Shown piece after piece: positions 40,181-50,207 of a stretch of DNA of 56,130 bases. The notes beneath the pieces were generated by a model. The model was not told the origin of the DNA, made no database searches, and worked only from the letters and a program-made list of their open reading frames with translations. The DNA is from Clostridia bacterium (GTDB taxonomy: Bacteria; Bacillota; Clostridia; UMGS1883): assembly GCA_045656865.1 (NCBI GenBank), contig JAZOSB010000032.1, positions 1-56,130 on the forward strand, read 5' to 3'. Each line of letters opens with the position of its first letter. The first letter of the stretch is position 1. The position numbers and the translations under genes were made by a program.

Positions 40181-41194
40181 TTAATTTTGAAATCCGTTGG
40201 GGTTTTTGCTCTGCCAGTTCCATGCATCGGCACACATTTCCTCAATACCTCTCTCTGCTTCCCAGTCAAGCTCCTCTTTCGCCTTGGAAGCATCAGCATA
40301 GCAGATTGCAACATCACCCGCTCTTGGGGGAACAATCTCATAGGGAAGCTCTTTTCCTGAGGCCTCAGAAAAAGCCTTTACAATTTCAAGCACGCTATAA
40401 CCCTGACCTGTACCGAGATTATAGATATGTACACCGGGTACATTGCTTCTCTTCTCCACAGCCTTGAGATGGCCGAGAGCAAGGTCAACAACGTGGATAT
40501 AGTCACGGACACCTGTACCATCCTTTGTGGGATAGCAGTCACCGAACACATTTATTTTCGGAAGTCTACCTACTGCAACCTGTGCAACATAGGGAAGCAG
40601 GTTGTTGGGAATACCCTTGGGGTCTTCTCCTATATTTCCGCTCTTGTGTGCACCGATAGGATTAAAGTAACGAAGAAGCACCACGCTGAAACGGTTATCG
40701 GAAACGTATACATCACTTAACACTCTTTCAAGCATCAGCTTGGTAGATCCATAGGGATTTGTGGTTGAAAGGGGAAAATCCTCCTTTATCGGAACTGTTT
40801 TTGGACTGCCGTAAACAGTTGCGGAAGAAGAAAATACAATGTTAAACACATTATGTTCTTTCATAACCTTAACAAGGTTAAATGTGCCTGTCATATTATT
40901 ATTGTAATATTCAAGGGGCTTCTCCACGGACTCGCCAACTGCCTTAAGACCGGCAAAGTGGATTACCGCCTCTACTTCATTCTCGTCAAATACCTTACTA
41001 AGACCCTCATAATCGAGAATGTCGCATTTATAAAACGGGAACTGCTTTCCCGTAATTTTCTTTACCTCATCAAGAGATTTTTCACAGGAGTTTGAAAGGT
41101 TGTCAACAACAACAATTTCGTGACCTGCATTAAGAAGCTCCACACAAGTGTGGCTTCCGATATATCCGGCACCGCCAGTAACAAGAATTTTCAT
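40181..41194 (-). CDS. galE: UDP-glucose 4-epimerase
   Basis: [37 protein letters not shown]. Confidence 0.97.
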   Translation of the reverse strand: MKILVTGGAGYIGSHTCVELLNAGHEIVVVDNLSNSCEKSLDEVKKITGKQFPFYKCDILDYEGLSKVFDENEVEAVIHFAGLKAVGESVEKPLEYYNNNMTGTFNLVKVMKEHNVFNIVFSSSATVYGSPKTVPIKEDFPLSTTNPYGSTKLMLERVLSDVYVSDNRFSVVLLRYFNPIGAHKSGNIGEDPKGIPNNLLPYVAQVAVGRLPKINVFGDCYPTKDGTGVRDYIHVVDLALGHLKAVEKRSNVPGVHIYNLGTGQGYSVLEIVKAFSEASGKELPYEIVPPRAGDVAICYADASKAKEELDWEAERGIEEMCADAWNWQSKNPNGFQN

Positions 41195-41490
41195 ATATAT
41201 ATATGCCTCCAAGCTATATATTATATCTACTATATTTTATACTAATGCAAAAGCTATGTCAAGCCATTCGTATTTACGATTTTTGTCTTTTTATCAATAT
41301 ATTTTACACAATAAGTCATCTTTACATTTTTATGTATTTTTCAGGTATTCTCTTTTCTTTTAAAATACCTCAGGCTTCGACATTTTATTCGGTGATAGAA
41401 CTTTTTTGTTATTTTTCAAATTATTTATGTAAACCTATTTTCTCCCATAATTCCGTTGGTTTGAATTTTCCCAAGTTTCAAAAAAATTAT

Positions 41491-41580
41491 TGTTGAAAAC
41501 TGTTAAAACTGTTAATAACTCTTGTTAATAACATAAAATTCGGGGTTTAAACTGTTGATAACTTCAATTGTTGTGAAAAT
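41491..41580. promoter_or_regulatory. Cluster of co-oriented DnaA-box-like 9-mers
   Basis: TGTTGAAAA (41491), TGTTAAAAC (41501), TGTTAATAA (41510, 41523), TGTTGATAA (41553) versus TGTGGATAA; AT-rich context. Confidence 0.5.
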
Positions 41581-41666
41581 TCCTCGTCTTTTTTATGTAA
41601 ACCCAAGTTTACATAAAAAAATAATAATAAACTAATTATTGAAACCTATATTTTTACAAATTACGA

Positions 41667-41822
41667 CACAGCAAAGTGACTCCGCCACTGCATCTGCGGT
41701 GCGGAGATATTCACTTTGTTGTGCCATGTGCGTTTTCCGAGCAAGGCGAGGAAATTCTCGCACGGCATAAAATCAAATATTTTTTACTGTATAGGAATTC
41801 AAATTCCTATACAGTAAAAAAG
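41667..41822. repeat. Structured dispersed repeat (MITE/REP-like), copy 2, apparently full length
   Basis: ~93% identical to 1-130; three hairpins including CACAGCAAAGTGA/TCACTTTGTTGTG and a perfect 19-bp terminal stem. Confidence 0.9.
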
Positions 41823-41857
41823 CACGCAACCCTATATAATCCGGATTACGCGCTTTT
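41816..41857 (-). terminator. Terminator of the paaK-ior-ACT operon
   Basis: Minus strand AAAAGCGCGTAATCC..GGTTGCGTGCTTTTTT; its G-U pairs form only on the minus strand. Confidence 0.7.
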
Positions 41858-41870
41858 CCTCATTACATAA

Positions 41871-42302
41871 TTATAATGCGTCAATATCTGCCTGTGTTAC
41901 AAGCTTAACTCCATTCTCCTCGAGAATCTTTGCGGCTTTTTCATTATCCTCAACACGGAGAACTACATAAGCGTGCTGACCTGAAATCGTGATAAATGCA
42001 TAAAGATATTCAACATTTATACTGTTTTCACTCATAAGCTCAAGCACGGAAGAAAGTCCGCCTGCAACATCGGGAATTTCTACACCGATAACCTTTGTTA
42101 CAGAAACAACACATTCATTCTTATGAAGAGCGTCCTTTGCCTTTTCAACATCACTTACAATAAGGCGAAGAATACCAAATTCCTGAGTGTCAGCTACGCT
42201 GAGTGCACGGATACTTACGCCTGCGCTTGCTATGCTCTTTGTAATATCGGCAACTGTGCCTGCTTTGTTTTCTACAAAAATTGATAACTGATTAATTGTC
42301 AT
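41871..42302 (-). CDS. Tandem ACT-domain protein
   Basis: QLSIFVENKAG, IRALSVADT..FGILRLIV, INVEYLYAF; typical partner of paaK. Confidence 0.9.
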   Translation of the reverse strand: MTINQLSIFVENKAGTVADITKSIASAGVSIRALSVADTQEFGILRLIVSDVEKAKDALHKNECVVSVTKVIGVEIPDVAGGLSSVLELMSENSINVEYLYAFITISGQHAYVVLRVEDNEKAAKILEENGVKLVTQADIDAL

Positions 42303-42317
42303 TTTCCCCACTCCTTA

Positions 42318-43634
42318 TTAGTTATTATAAAGTTTTCTCTTGTCTATTACACGAACAGCTTTACCTTCACTTCGTACTATGGACTTCGGTTCAACAATCT
42401 TAACGATTGCGTAAATACCAATCATCGACTTGAGTGCTTCTGTAATTTCCTTTTCAATTTTAGAAAGCTCATTAATCTTATCGGAAAAGAGGTCGGGTGT
42501 CATTTCTACTTTTACCTCAATAGAGTCACTTGTTCCCTGTCTGTCAACGATAATCTGATAGTTACTTGTAAGACCTTTTTTAAGAAGAACTTCTTCAATC
42601 TGAGACGGGAATACATTTACACCCTTTATAATGAGCATATCATCGCTTCTTCCCATAGGCTTAGCCATTTTAACATGAGTTCTTCCACAGGAACACTTTT
42701 CTCTTGAAAGAACGCAAATATCCTTTGTGCGATAACGAATCATCGGGAATGCTTCCTTGGTGATACAGGTAAATACCAATTCACCCTTTTCCCCCTCGGG
42801 AAGAACTTCACCTGTCTTGGGATCAATAATTTCAGCGATGAAATGGTCTTCGTTTATGTGCATACCTGTCTGCTCGCTACACTCGAAAGCAACACCCGGG
42901 CCGCAAATTTCTGTGAGGCCATAGATGTCGTATGCCTTGATACCGAGTCTTTCTTCAATGTCTCTGCGCATTTCCTGAGTCCATGCCTCTGCACCGAAGA
43001 TACCTGCTTTAAGCTTGATTTTATCACGGAGTCCGTTTTCTTCAATGCTTTCTGCAAGGTACTGAGCATATGAGGGAGTACAGCAGATAATTGTTGCTTC
43101 AAGGTCTGTCATAAACTGAAGCTGACGTTCCGTATTACCAGAGGACATCGGAAGTGTCAGACAGCCTACCTTATGCGAGCCGCCGTTAAGCCCGGGACCA
43201 CCTGTAAAAAGTCCGTAGCCGTAGCAAACCTGACAAACATCATCCTTTGTTCCGCCTGCTGCAACAATAGCTCTTGCACAGCAGTCCTCCCAGAGGTCAA
43301 TATCGTTCTGAGTGTAGAAAGCAACTACTCTCTTGCCTGTTGTGCCGCTTGTAGACTGAATACGAACGCATTCGGAAAGGGGCTTGGACATAAGTCCGTA
43401 TGGATAAGCTTCACGGAGGTCATCCTTTGTAAGAAAAGGAAGCTTATAGAGGTCATCCACACCCTTGATGTCATCAGGAGTTACACCCTTTTCATCCATA
43501 AGCTTTCTGTAATATTTGTTATTTTCGCAAACGTGTTTGACAGTTTTTACAAGACGTTCACTCTGCCACTGACGAATCTGCTCATAAGAGGCAGTTTCGA
43601 TTTCTTTCTGATAGTAGTTTTCCATTTTCGCCAT
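42318..43634 (-). CDS. paaK: Phenylacetate-CoA ligase family protein (paralog 2)
   Basis: STSGTTGK, YGLFTGG, YGLTE, RYRT, GRSDDMLIIKGVNVFPSQIE. Confidence 0.93.
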   Translation of the reverse strand: MAKMENYYQKEIETASYEQIRQWQSERLVKTVKHVCENNKYYRKLMDEKGVTPDDIKGVDDLYKLPFLTKDDLREAYPYGLMSKPLSECVRIQSTSGTTGKRVVAFYTQNDIDLWEDCCARAIVAAGGTKDDVCQVCYGYGLFTGGPGLNGGSHKVGCLTLPMSSGNTERQLQFMTDLEATIICCTPSYAQYLAESIEENGLRDKIKLKAGIFGAEAWTQEMRRDIEERLGIKAYDIYGLTEICGPGVAFECSEQTGMHINEDHFIAEIIDPKTGEVLPEGEKGELVFTCITKEAFPMIRYRTKDICVLSREKCSCGRTHVKMAKPMGRSDDMLIIKGVNVFPSQIEEVLLKKGLTSNYQIIVDRQGTSDSIEVKVEMTPDLFSDKINELSKIEKEITEALKSMIGIYAIVKIVEPKSIVRSEGKAVRVIDKRKLYNN

Positions 43635-43648
43635 CTCTTTTCTTGAAA

Positions 43649-44221
43649 TTAAAAATTATAACCAAGCTCAAACGCTTTCTTATTAAGCTCTACAAACTTA
43701 GGAGCAACGGATTTTTCAATCGCTTCTATCCACTTGTCATAGCTGATATCAAAATACTTTGCAAGGCGTGCCATAAGCACGATATTTACTGCCTTAGAGC
43801 TACCTGCTTCTTCAGCAAGTGAAAGAGCATCAAGAGAGTCAACAAATGCTCCTTTTTCCTCAATCTTATCAAGAGCATCAGCAGGATACTGTGCATCACC
43901 GATAATTACGGGCATGGGGTCAATCTGCTGTGTATTAACAATAATCTTACCGTCTTTTTTAAGGCAGGAAATCCATCTTGCCGCCTCAATCTTTTCAAAG
44001 GAAACGATATAGTCTGCCTCACCCTCCTCAATGATGGGAGAGTAAACCTTTTCACCATAGCGTACATATGTAACAACACTGCCTCCGCGCTGGCTCATAC
44101 CGTGTACCTCGGAAACTTTTACATCATAGCCCTCATCAACCAAGAGTCTTCCCAATAGCTTACTTGCAAGGAGTGAGCCCTGACCGCCAACGCCGACAAT
44201 CATTATATTTTTTGTTTCCAT
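43649..44221 (-). CDS. iorB: Indolepyruvate:ferredoxin oxidoreductase beta subunit
   Basis: GVGGQG, EVHGMSQRGGSV, NKKAF. Confidence 0.93.
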   Translation of the reverse strand: METKNIMIVGVGGQGSLLASKLLGRLLVDEGYDVKVSEVHGMSQRGGSVVTYVRYGEKVYSPIIEEGEADYIVSFEKIEAARWISCLKKDGKIIVNTQQIDPMPVIIGDAQYPADALDKIEEKGAFVDSLDALSLAEEAGSSKAVNIVLMARLAKYFDISYDKWIEAIEKSVAPKFVELNKKAFELGYNF

Positions 44222-45960
44222 TACTCCTGCACCTCGCTTTCAATTGCACCAAAGGGACAAAGTCCGCTACAAACCTCGCAGCCTACGCAGAGAGTCTTGT
44301 CGATTTCTGCCTTGCCGTCGTGCATACTGATGGCAGGACAACCAAAGGACATACATTTCTTACAGCTCTTGCACTTATCCTTGTTAACCACAAGGGGCTT
44401 TTTGGGCTTAACATATTTAAGAAGCACGCAGGGGCGTCTGGAAATAATTACAGACGGCTCGTCTGCGGAAAGCTCTTCCTTAAGAACTCTTTCACATTCC
44501 TTGAGGTCATAGGGATCAACAACAGTTACTCTCCTGATACCAACGCTTCTGCAGAGAGTTTCAAGGTCAATCTTGGAAGCAGGGTCACCCTTGATGTTGT
44601 AGCCTGTTGTGGGGTTCTGCTGATGACCTGTCATACCTGTAATAGAGTTGTCGAGTATAATAACGGTTGAATTAGAACCGTTGTATGCAATGTTAATAAG
44701 TCCTGTTACACCGCTGTGCATAAAGGTGGAGTCACCGATTACACAGACGCTCTTCTTTTCGCTCTCTTCTCCGCCTGCCATATTGAAGCCGTGAAGTCCC
44801 GAAATGGAAGCACCCATACAAAGGGTAGAATCAAGCGCAGTAAGAGGAGGCATTGCGCCAAGAGTGTAACAACCAATGTCACCGAGAACAGTTACCTTGT
44901 TCTTTGCAAGAACGTAGTACATACCTCTGTGAGGACAGCCTGCACACATCATCGGAGGACGCATAGGAATTTCCAACTGAAGGTCGTATGCTTTCTTTGC
45001 TTCCTTGCCCATAGCCTCGGCAATGGTTTTCTGTGAAAACTCGCCAATACAACTGAAAAGCTCCTTGCCGACAACATCCACACCGATATTTTTACAATGG
45101 GATTCAATAATGCCGTCAAGCTCCTCGATAACATAAACCTTATCCATTTTGGAAGCAAATTCCTTAATGGATTTTACAGGGAGGGGATTTACAAGACCAA
45201 GCTTCAGTACACTCACGCTGTCACCGAGCGCTTCCTTAACGTACTGATAGCTTGCCCCGGAAGTGATAACACCGATTTTGGAATCAGTATATTCTATGCG
45301 GTTAAATTCACAATCTTCCGCAAGTTTTGTGAGGCGGGCAGTTCTTTCTTCAACAAATGGATGGCGTTTTTTCGCATTGCCCGGCATCATAATATACTTT
45401 GCAGGGTTCTTTTCATATGCCTTTACGCCAACCTCGTTTCTCTCGCCTGTTTCAACAATGCTCTGTGAATGAGCAATTCTTGTGCACATACGAAGAAGTA
45501 CGGGGGTGTCGTATTTTTCGGAAAGCTCAAAAGCCTTTTTTGCAAAGTCATAGGATTCCTGGGAATCGGCAGGCTCAAGCATAGGAACCTTTGCACCGAT
45601 TGCATAATGCCTGGAGTCCTGCTCATTCTGAGAGGAGTGCATTCCGGGGTCATCTGCCACACAGATAACCATACCGCCGTTTACACCTGTATAGGACAGT
45701 GTGAAAAGGGGGTCTGCCGCAACATTGAGTCCAACATGCTTCATTGCACAAGCAGTTCTTGCACCCTGAAGTGACGCACCAAAGGACACTTCGCAGGCAA
45801 CCTTTTCATTGGGTGCCCATTCGCAGTATATTTCGTCATATTTTGCCGCAAATTCTGTAATTTCTGTGCTGGGTGTTCCGGGGTAGGAGGAAATCACATT
45901 ACATCCTGCCTCGTAAAGACCGCGGGCAACAGCGGCATTACCGATAAGTAATTGTTTCAT
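44221..45960 (-). CDS. iorA: Indolepyruvate:ferredoxin oxidoreductase alpha subunit
   Basis: YPGTPSTEI, MKHVGLNVAAD, CAGCPHR, GDIGCY, GDSTFMHSG, C-terminal 2x[4Fe-4S] motifs. Confidence 0.95.
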   Translation of the reverse strand: MKQLLIGNAAVARGLYEAGCNVISSYPGTPSTEITEFAAKYDEIYCEWAPNEKVACEVSFGASLQGARTACAMKHVGLNVAADPLFTLSYTGVNGGMVICVADDPGMHSSQNEQDSRHYAIGAKVPMLEPADSQESYDFAKKAFELSEKYDTPVLLRMCTRIAHSQSIVETGERNEVGVKAYEKNPAKYIMMPGNAKKRHPFVEERTARLTKLAEDCEFNRIEYTDSKIGVITSGASYQYVKEALGDSVSVLKLGLVNPLPVKSIKEFASKMDKVYVIEELDGIIESHCKNIGVDVVGKELFSCIGEFSQKTIAEAMGKEAKKAYDLQLEIPMRPPMMCAGCPHRGMYYVLAKNKVTVLGDIGCYTLGAMPPLTALDSTLCMGASISGLHGFNMAGGEESEKKSVCVIGDSTFMHSGVTGLINIAYNGSNSTVIILDNSITGMTGHQQNPTTGYNIKGDPASKIDLETLCRSVGIRRVTVVDPYDLKECERVLKEELSADEPSVIISRRPCVLLKYVKPKKPLVVNKDKCKSCKKCMSFGCPAISMHDGKAEIDKTLCVGCEVCSGLCPFGAIESEVQE

Positions 45961-45981
45961 TTTATATCTTTCCTTTCGGGG

Positions 45982-47292
45982 TTATTTCTCATTTCTGAGG
46001 TCTAAAATTCTCTTTGCTTTGCCCTGGAATCTTTCAAGAGTCTTAGGGGGTACAAGAGTAATCTTTGCCTGAAGTCCGAGCACACTCTTGATTTTTTCCT
46101 GAATCAGACGGATAAGTTTTTCAAGTTCACCATAGTTTTCAAGTACACTTGCATCCAAAAGCTCAACCTTGATTTCAAGGGTATCCTTGAAGTTTCCTTC
46201 ACGGCGTACCACAAGCTGATAGTGAGGACCGATTTTGTCAATATTGATAAGCACACTTTCAATCTGTGTCGGGAATACATTAACGCCCTTGATAATAAGC
46301 ATATCGTCTGTTCTTCCCTTGGTCTTGGACATTCTGACATGAGTTCTTCCGCACTTACAAGGCTCGTAATCAAGAGTAGTAATATCCCTTGTTCTGTAAC
46401 GAAGCACGGGCATACCCTGTTTTGTGAGGGTTGTTACGATAAGCTCACCAGTAGCACCGCTTTCAAGACGTTTTCCTGTGTCGGGGTCAACAATTTCGGG
46501 GAGGAAGTGGTCTTCTGCAAAATGCATACCATCACGTTCAAAACAGTCACCACTGACACCTGGTCCGCCAAGCTCTGTCATACCGTAGTTATCGGAAACA
46601 TATATGCCAAGGTTTTTCTCGATAGTGTCACGCATTTCGGGAGTACAAGGCTCACTACCCAATATGCCAAGCTTCAGCTTATACGCATCAAGAGGATATT
46701 CACCCTCTTTTACAGCTTCGCTGAGGTAAAGAGCATATGAGGGAGTTGCAACAAGACCTGTTACACCGAGGTCACGCATCATCATAAGCTGTTTTTCGGT
46801 ATTTCCCGAGGACATAGGAATAACCATTGCACCGAGCTTTTCAAGTCCGTAATGAAGACCGAGTGCACCGGTGAAAAGTCCATATCCGAATGAAATCTGA
46901 ATAATATCCTCATCGGTCACACCGCCTGCAGCACAAACACGGGCAACGCAATCGCTCCAGATGTCAATATCCTGCTTGGTATAAACACCAACAGTAGGCT
47001 TACCCGTAGTACCGCTGGAAGCGTGTACACGGACAATGTCTTTATGCGGAACAGCCACCATACCAAAGGGGTAGTTATCACGGAACTCGCTCTTTTCGGT
47101 AAAAGGTATGTATTCAATGTCGGAAAGCTGTTTAATCTTACTTCCGTCACCTACACCAGCTTTGTCGAGCTTGTCGTGATAGAATTTTGTATTGTTGTAA
47201 CAATATGCCACAATATTTTTAAGACGCTCAAGCTGAAGTGCCTCAAGCTCGCATCTAGGCATAGTTTCTATATCTTTCTGGAAAAAGTTCAT
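45982..47292 (-). CDS. paaK: Phenylacetate-CoA ligase family protein (paralog 1)
   Basis: HASSGTTGKP, YGLFTGA, YGMTE, GRTDDMLIIKGVNVFPTQIE. Confidence 0.93.
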   Translation of the reverse strand: MNFFQKDIETMPRCELEALQLERLKNIVAYCYNNTKFYHDKLDKAGVGDGSKIKQLSDIEYIPFTEKSEFRDNYPFGMVAVPHKDIVRVHASSGTTGKPTVGVYTKQDIDIWSDCVARVCAAGGVTDEDIIQISFGYGLFTGALGLHYGLEKLGAMVIPMSSGNTEKQLMMMRDLGVTGLVATPSYALYLSEAVKEGEYPLDAYKLKLGILGSEPCTPEMRDTIEKNLGIYVSDNYGMTELGGPGVSGDCFERDGMHFAEDHFLPEIVDPDTGKRLESGATGELIVTTLTKQGMPVLRYRTRDITTLDYEPCKCGRTHVRMSKTKGRTDDMLIIKGVNVFPTQIESVLINIDKIGPHYQLVVRREGNFKDTLEIKVELLDASVLENYGELEKLIRLIQEKIKSVLGLQAKITLVPPKTLERFQGKAKRILDLRNEK

Positions 47293-47418
47293 TTAAGAAA
47301 CCTTCCTTTCAACATTAATCCATTTTAGTAAATTATATTGTACCATACTTTTTTGGATTTTCATAGTGTTTTTTTGTGTTTTCGGGGAAAATTTGTACCG
47401 ATTCTTGCTTAAACCACA

Positions 47419-47464
47419 AAAAGGCATCTGTTACAAAGCCGTGCTTTGTAACAGATGCCTTTTT
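47419..47464 (-). terminator. Strong terminator of the alpha (rplQ) operon
   Basis: Perfect stem AAAAGGCATCTGTTACAAAGC-CGT-GCTTTGTAACAGATGCCTTTT. Confidence 0.85.
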
Positions 47465-47478
47465 CATTGTTTTAAATC

Positions 47479-47722
47479 AAGGGGCGAAGAGAAAATGATG
47501 CAGAACGGACAAACTGAACCCGAAAGGGGTCACCCGAATCCTCGTCAAAACAAGATATGCAATTGTCGTTTTCTTACGAAAACTATGTTTGCAATCTTAT
47601 TTTGCCTCTTTCCCAAAAAGTCTGCTGACTTTTTGGGAGACCCGCTTTAAATTACAGCGAGCGGTGGAATTTGTTCGTAGCATAAATTCTTTATGCGGTC
47701 TGCGCATTTTATCGATGCCCTT
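47479..47722. repeat. Nested, branched palindromic element (REP/MITE-like) in the rplQ 3' UTR
   Basis: Imperfect terminal IRs AAGGG..AAAATG..GCAGA..ACGRACAAA; inner stems GGGTC/GACCC, CAAAACAAGAT/ATCTTATTTTG, TCCCAAAAAGTC/GACTTTTTGGGA. Confidence 0.6.
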
Positions 47723-47731
47723 CCACTTTAA

Positions 47732-48076
47732 TTAGTCAACAAGCTTAATTATAGCCATGGGAGCATTGTCACCACGACGAACGCCTGTCTTAATAATCTG
47801 TGTGTAACCGCCGTTACGTTCTGCGTATTTGGGAGCGAGCTCCTCGAATACCTTCTTAACAACATCTTCTTTTGTGATGAAGCTAAGAGCCTGTCTTCTT
47901 GCATGAAGGTCTCCGCGCTTTCCGAGAGTAATCATATTCTCAGCAAGGGGACGAACTTCCTTTGCACGAGTTACAGTTGTTTCGATTTTGCCGTTTTCCA
48001 AAAGAGCAGTTACCATACCGCGGAGCATTGCAATTCTCTGGTCGGTAGGACGACCGAGCTTTCTTGTTCCTGCCAT
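47732..48076 (-). CDS. rplQ: 50S ribosomal protein L17
   Basis: [29 protein letters not shown]. Confidence 0.98.
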   Translation of the reverse strand: MAGTRKLGRPTDQRIAMLRGMVTALLENGKIETTVTRAKEVRPLAENMITLGKRGDLHARRQALSFITKEDVVKKVFEELAPKYAERNGGYTQIIKTGVRRGDNAPMAIIKLVD

Positions 48077-48119
48077 TTAGGTTTCCTCCTTCAAAACTTC
48101 TGATAAGTCAATTTGTGAA

Positions 48120-49076
48120 TCAGTCTTCATCAGGTGCAAATGTGAGCTTGAGCTCCTTAAGCTTGCCGATAACTTCGTCAAGAGATTTGCGTCCCAGATT
48201 TCTTACCTTCATCATTTCTTCTTCCTTAGGGAGAGTAAGGTCCTCAACAGTGTTGATGCCTGCTCTCTTAAGGCAGTTGTAGGAACGAACGGAAAGGTCA
48301 AGCTCTTCGATAGTCATATCGAGAATCTTTTCTTTCTTGGTTTCTTCCTTTTCAACCATTGTTTCAACATTCATAGCTTCGTCTGTAAGCTGGATAAAGA
48401 GCATCATATGATCGTTGATGATTTTTGCAGAAAGGCTGATTGCCTCGTCTGCAGTCTTGGTGCCGTTTGTCCAAACTTCAACTGTAAGCTTGTCGAAATC
48501 AGTATTTTGTCCTACACGGGTGTTTTCCACGTAGTAGTTAACCTTTTCAACAGGTGTGTAGATTGAATCCACAGGGATAAGACCAATAAGGGGCTGTAAA
48601 ATAGCCTTGTTCTTTTCTGCAGAAATATAACCTCTACCCTTGTTGATGGTTATTTCCATGTACAACTTAGCATCCTCGTTAAGAGTAGCAATGTGAAGGT
48701 CACCATTGATGATTTCAACATCACTGTCTGTTTTGATGTCACGTGCACAAAGCTCGCCGCTTCCTTCAGCTTCAATATAAACAGTCTTGGGACCGTCAGA
48801 ATGAAGCTTAATGATAACCTGCTTCATATTAAGCACGATTTCGCTGACATCTTCCTTAACACCGGGAATTGTTGAAAATTCGTGCTGAACATTTTCAATC
48901 TTGATAGAAGAAATTGCCGCACCTTCGAGAGATGAAAGCATCATTCTGCGAAGTGAATTTCCAAGGGTTGTACCATATCCGCGCTGAAGCGGAGCTACAG
49001 TGTATTTACCGTAAGAACCGTCCTCGCTGAGTTCAACTCTTTCTACACGAGGCTTTTCAAATCTTAAATCAGTCAT
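48120..49076 (-). CDS. rpoA: RNA polymerase alpha subunit
   Basis: [30 protein letters not shown]. Confidence 0.99.
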   Translation of the reverse strand: MTDLRFEKPRVERVELSEDGSYGKYTVAPLQRGYGTTLGNSLRRMMLSSLEGAAISSIKIENVQHEFSTIPGVKEDVSEIVLNMKQVIIKLHSDGPKTVYIEAEGSGELCARDIKTDSDVEIINGDLHIATLNEDAKLYMEITINKGRGYISAEKNKAILQPLIGLIPVDSIYTPVEKVNYYVENTRVGQNTDFDKLTVEVWTNGTKTADEAISLSAKIINDHMMLFIQLTDEAMNVETMVEKEETKKEKILDMTIEELDLSVRSYNCLKRAGINTVEDLTLPKEEEMMKVRNLGRKSLDEVIGKLKELKLTFAPDED

Positions 49077-49154
49077 TTAAATAACCCTCCCAATTGTTTA
49101 TTTTTTAGATAAAATACCCGAGGGTACAGCAGGCATAAAAGCCTGCTTAAGCTA

Positions 49155-49781
49155 TTACTTGGAGTACAACTCGACGATAAGAGTTTCGTTGATTTCGTAC
49201 TCGATGTCTTCACGCTTAGCAAGGGTCTGAACCTTTGCACTGCGGGAATTAGCATCAACTTCAAGCCACTTCGGAGCAGTTTTAGCATCATTTGCTTCAA
49301 GAACTGCCTTAATCTTGGGAGAATCCTTGCTCTTATCAGTAAGTGCGATAACATCGCCTTCCTTGATAAGGTAAGAAGGAATATTTACCTTTTGTCCGTT
49401 AACTGTAAAATGACCGTGTCTAACGAGCTGACGTGCTTCAGCGCGGCTCATAGCGAAGCCTGCTCTGTAGCATACGTTGTCAAGACGGCTTTCGCAGAGG
49501 ATAAGAAGGTTTTCACCGACAATACCACTCTTCTTGGAAGCGAGCTCAAAGTAATGAGCAAACTGGCTTTCAAGAACACCGTAGTATCTCTTAACCTTCT
49601 GCTTCTCACGAAGCTGAAGACCGTACTCGGAAATCTTCTTTCTGCCCTGGCCGTGCTGTCCGGGAGCGTACTCACGTCTAGCAATAGCACACTTATCAGT
49701 ATAACATCTGTCGCCCTTTAAAAAGAGCTTCTGTCCTTCACGGCGGCAAAGTCTGCACACCGCACCTGTATATCTTGCCAT
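49155..49781 (-). CDS. rpsD: 30S ribosomal protein S4 (Zn-binding type)
   Basis: [30 protein letters not shown]. Confidence 0.99.
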   Translation of the reverse strand: MARYTGAVCRLCRREGQKLFLKGDRCYTDKCAIARREYAPGQHGQGRKKISEYGLQLREKQKVKRYYGVLESQFAHYFELASKKSGIVGENLLILCESRLDNVCYRAGFAMSRAEARQLVRHGHFTVNGQKVNIPSYLIKEGDVIALTDKSKDSPKIKAVLEANDAKTAPKWLEVDANSRSAKVQTLAKREDIEYEINETLIVELYSK

Positions 49782-49799
49782 ATTACTTTCGCACCTCCA

Positions 49800-50195
49800 T
49801 CACACTCTTCTTCTTTTGGGAGGACGGCAACCGTTATGAGGAATAGGAGTAACATCCTTAATCATACTAACTTCAAGGCCTGCTGCCTGAAGTGCACGGA
49901 TTGCTGCCTCACGGCCTGCGCCGGGTCCCTTAACGAATACTTCAACAGTCTTAAGACCGTGCTCCATAGCTGCCTTTGCAGCAGTTTCAGCTGCCATCTG
50001 AGCAGCGAAAGGAGTACTCTTCTTAGAACCACGGAAACCAAGTCCGCCGGCACTTGCCCAGGAAAGAGCGTTACCGTTTACATCGGTCATGGTTACAATT
50101 GTGTTGTTAAATGTGCTGCGGATATGTGCTGCACCGCGCTCGATATTCTTGCGCTCTTTTCTCTTACGAGTTACTTTTTTAACTGCCTTAGCCAT
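49800..50195 (-). CDS. rpsK: 30S ribosomal protein S11
   Basis: [30 protein letters not shown]. Confidence 0.99.
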   Translation of the reverse strand: MAKAVKKVTRKRKERKNIERGAAHIRSTFNNTIVTMTDVNGNALSWASAGGLGFRGSKKSTPFAAQMAAETAAKAAMEHGLKTVEVFVKGPGAGREAAIRALQAAGLEVSMIKDVTPIPHNGCRPPKRRRV

Positions 50196-50207
50196 GCTCT
50201 CTCCTCC

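Noticed and set aside
41213-41660. Definitive oriC call
   Set aside because: No perfect TTATCCACA box, no dnaA/dnaN/gidA neighbours, and the r-protein operon would be head-on to replication.
47366-47650. 94-aa ORF between paaK and rplQ
   Set aside because: Runs through a terminator and the palindromic element; no RBS.
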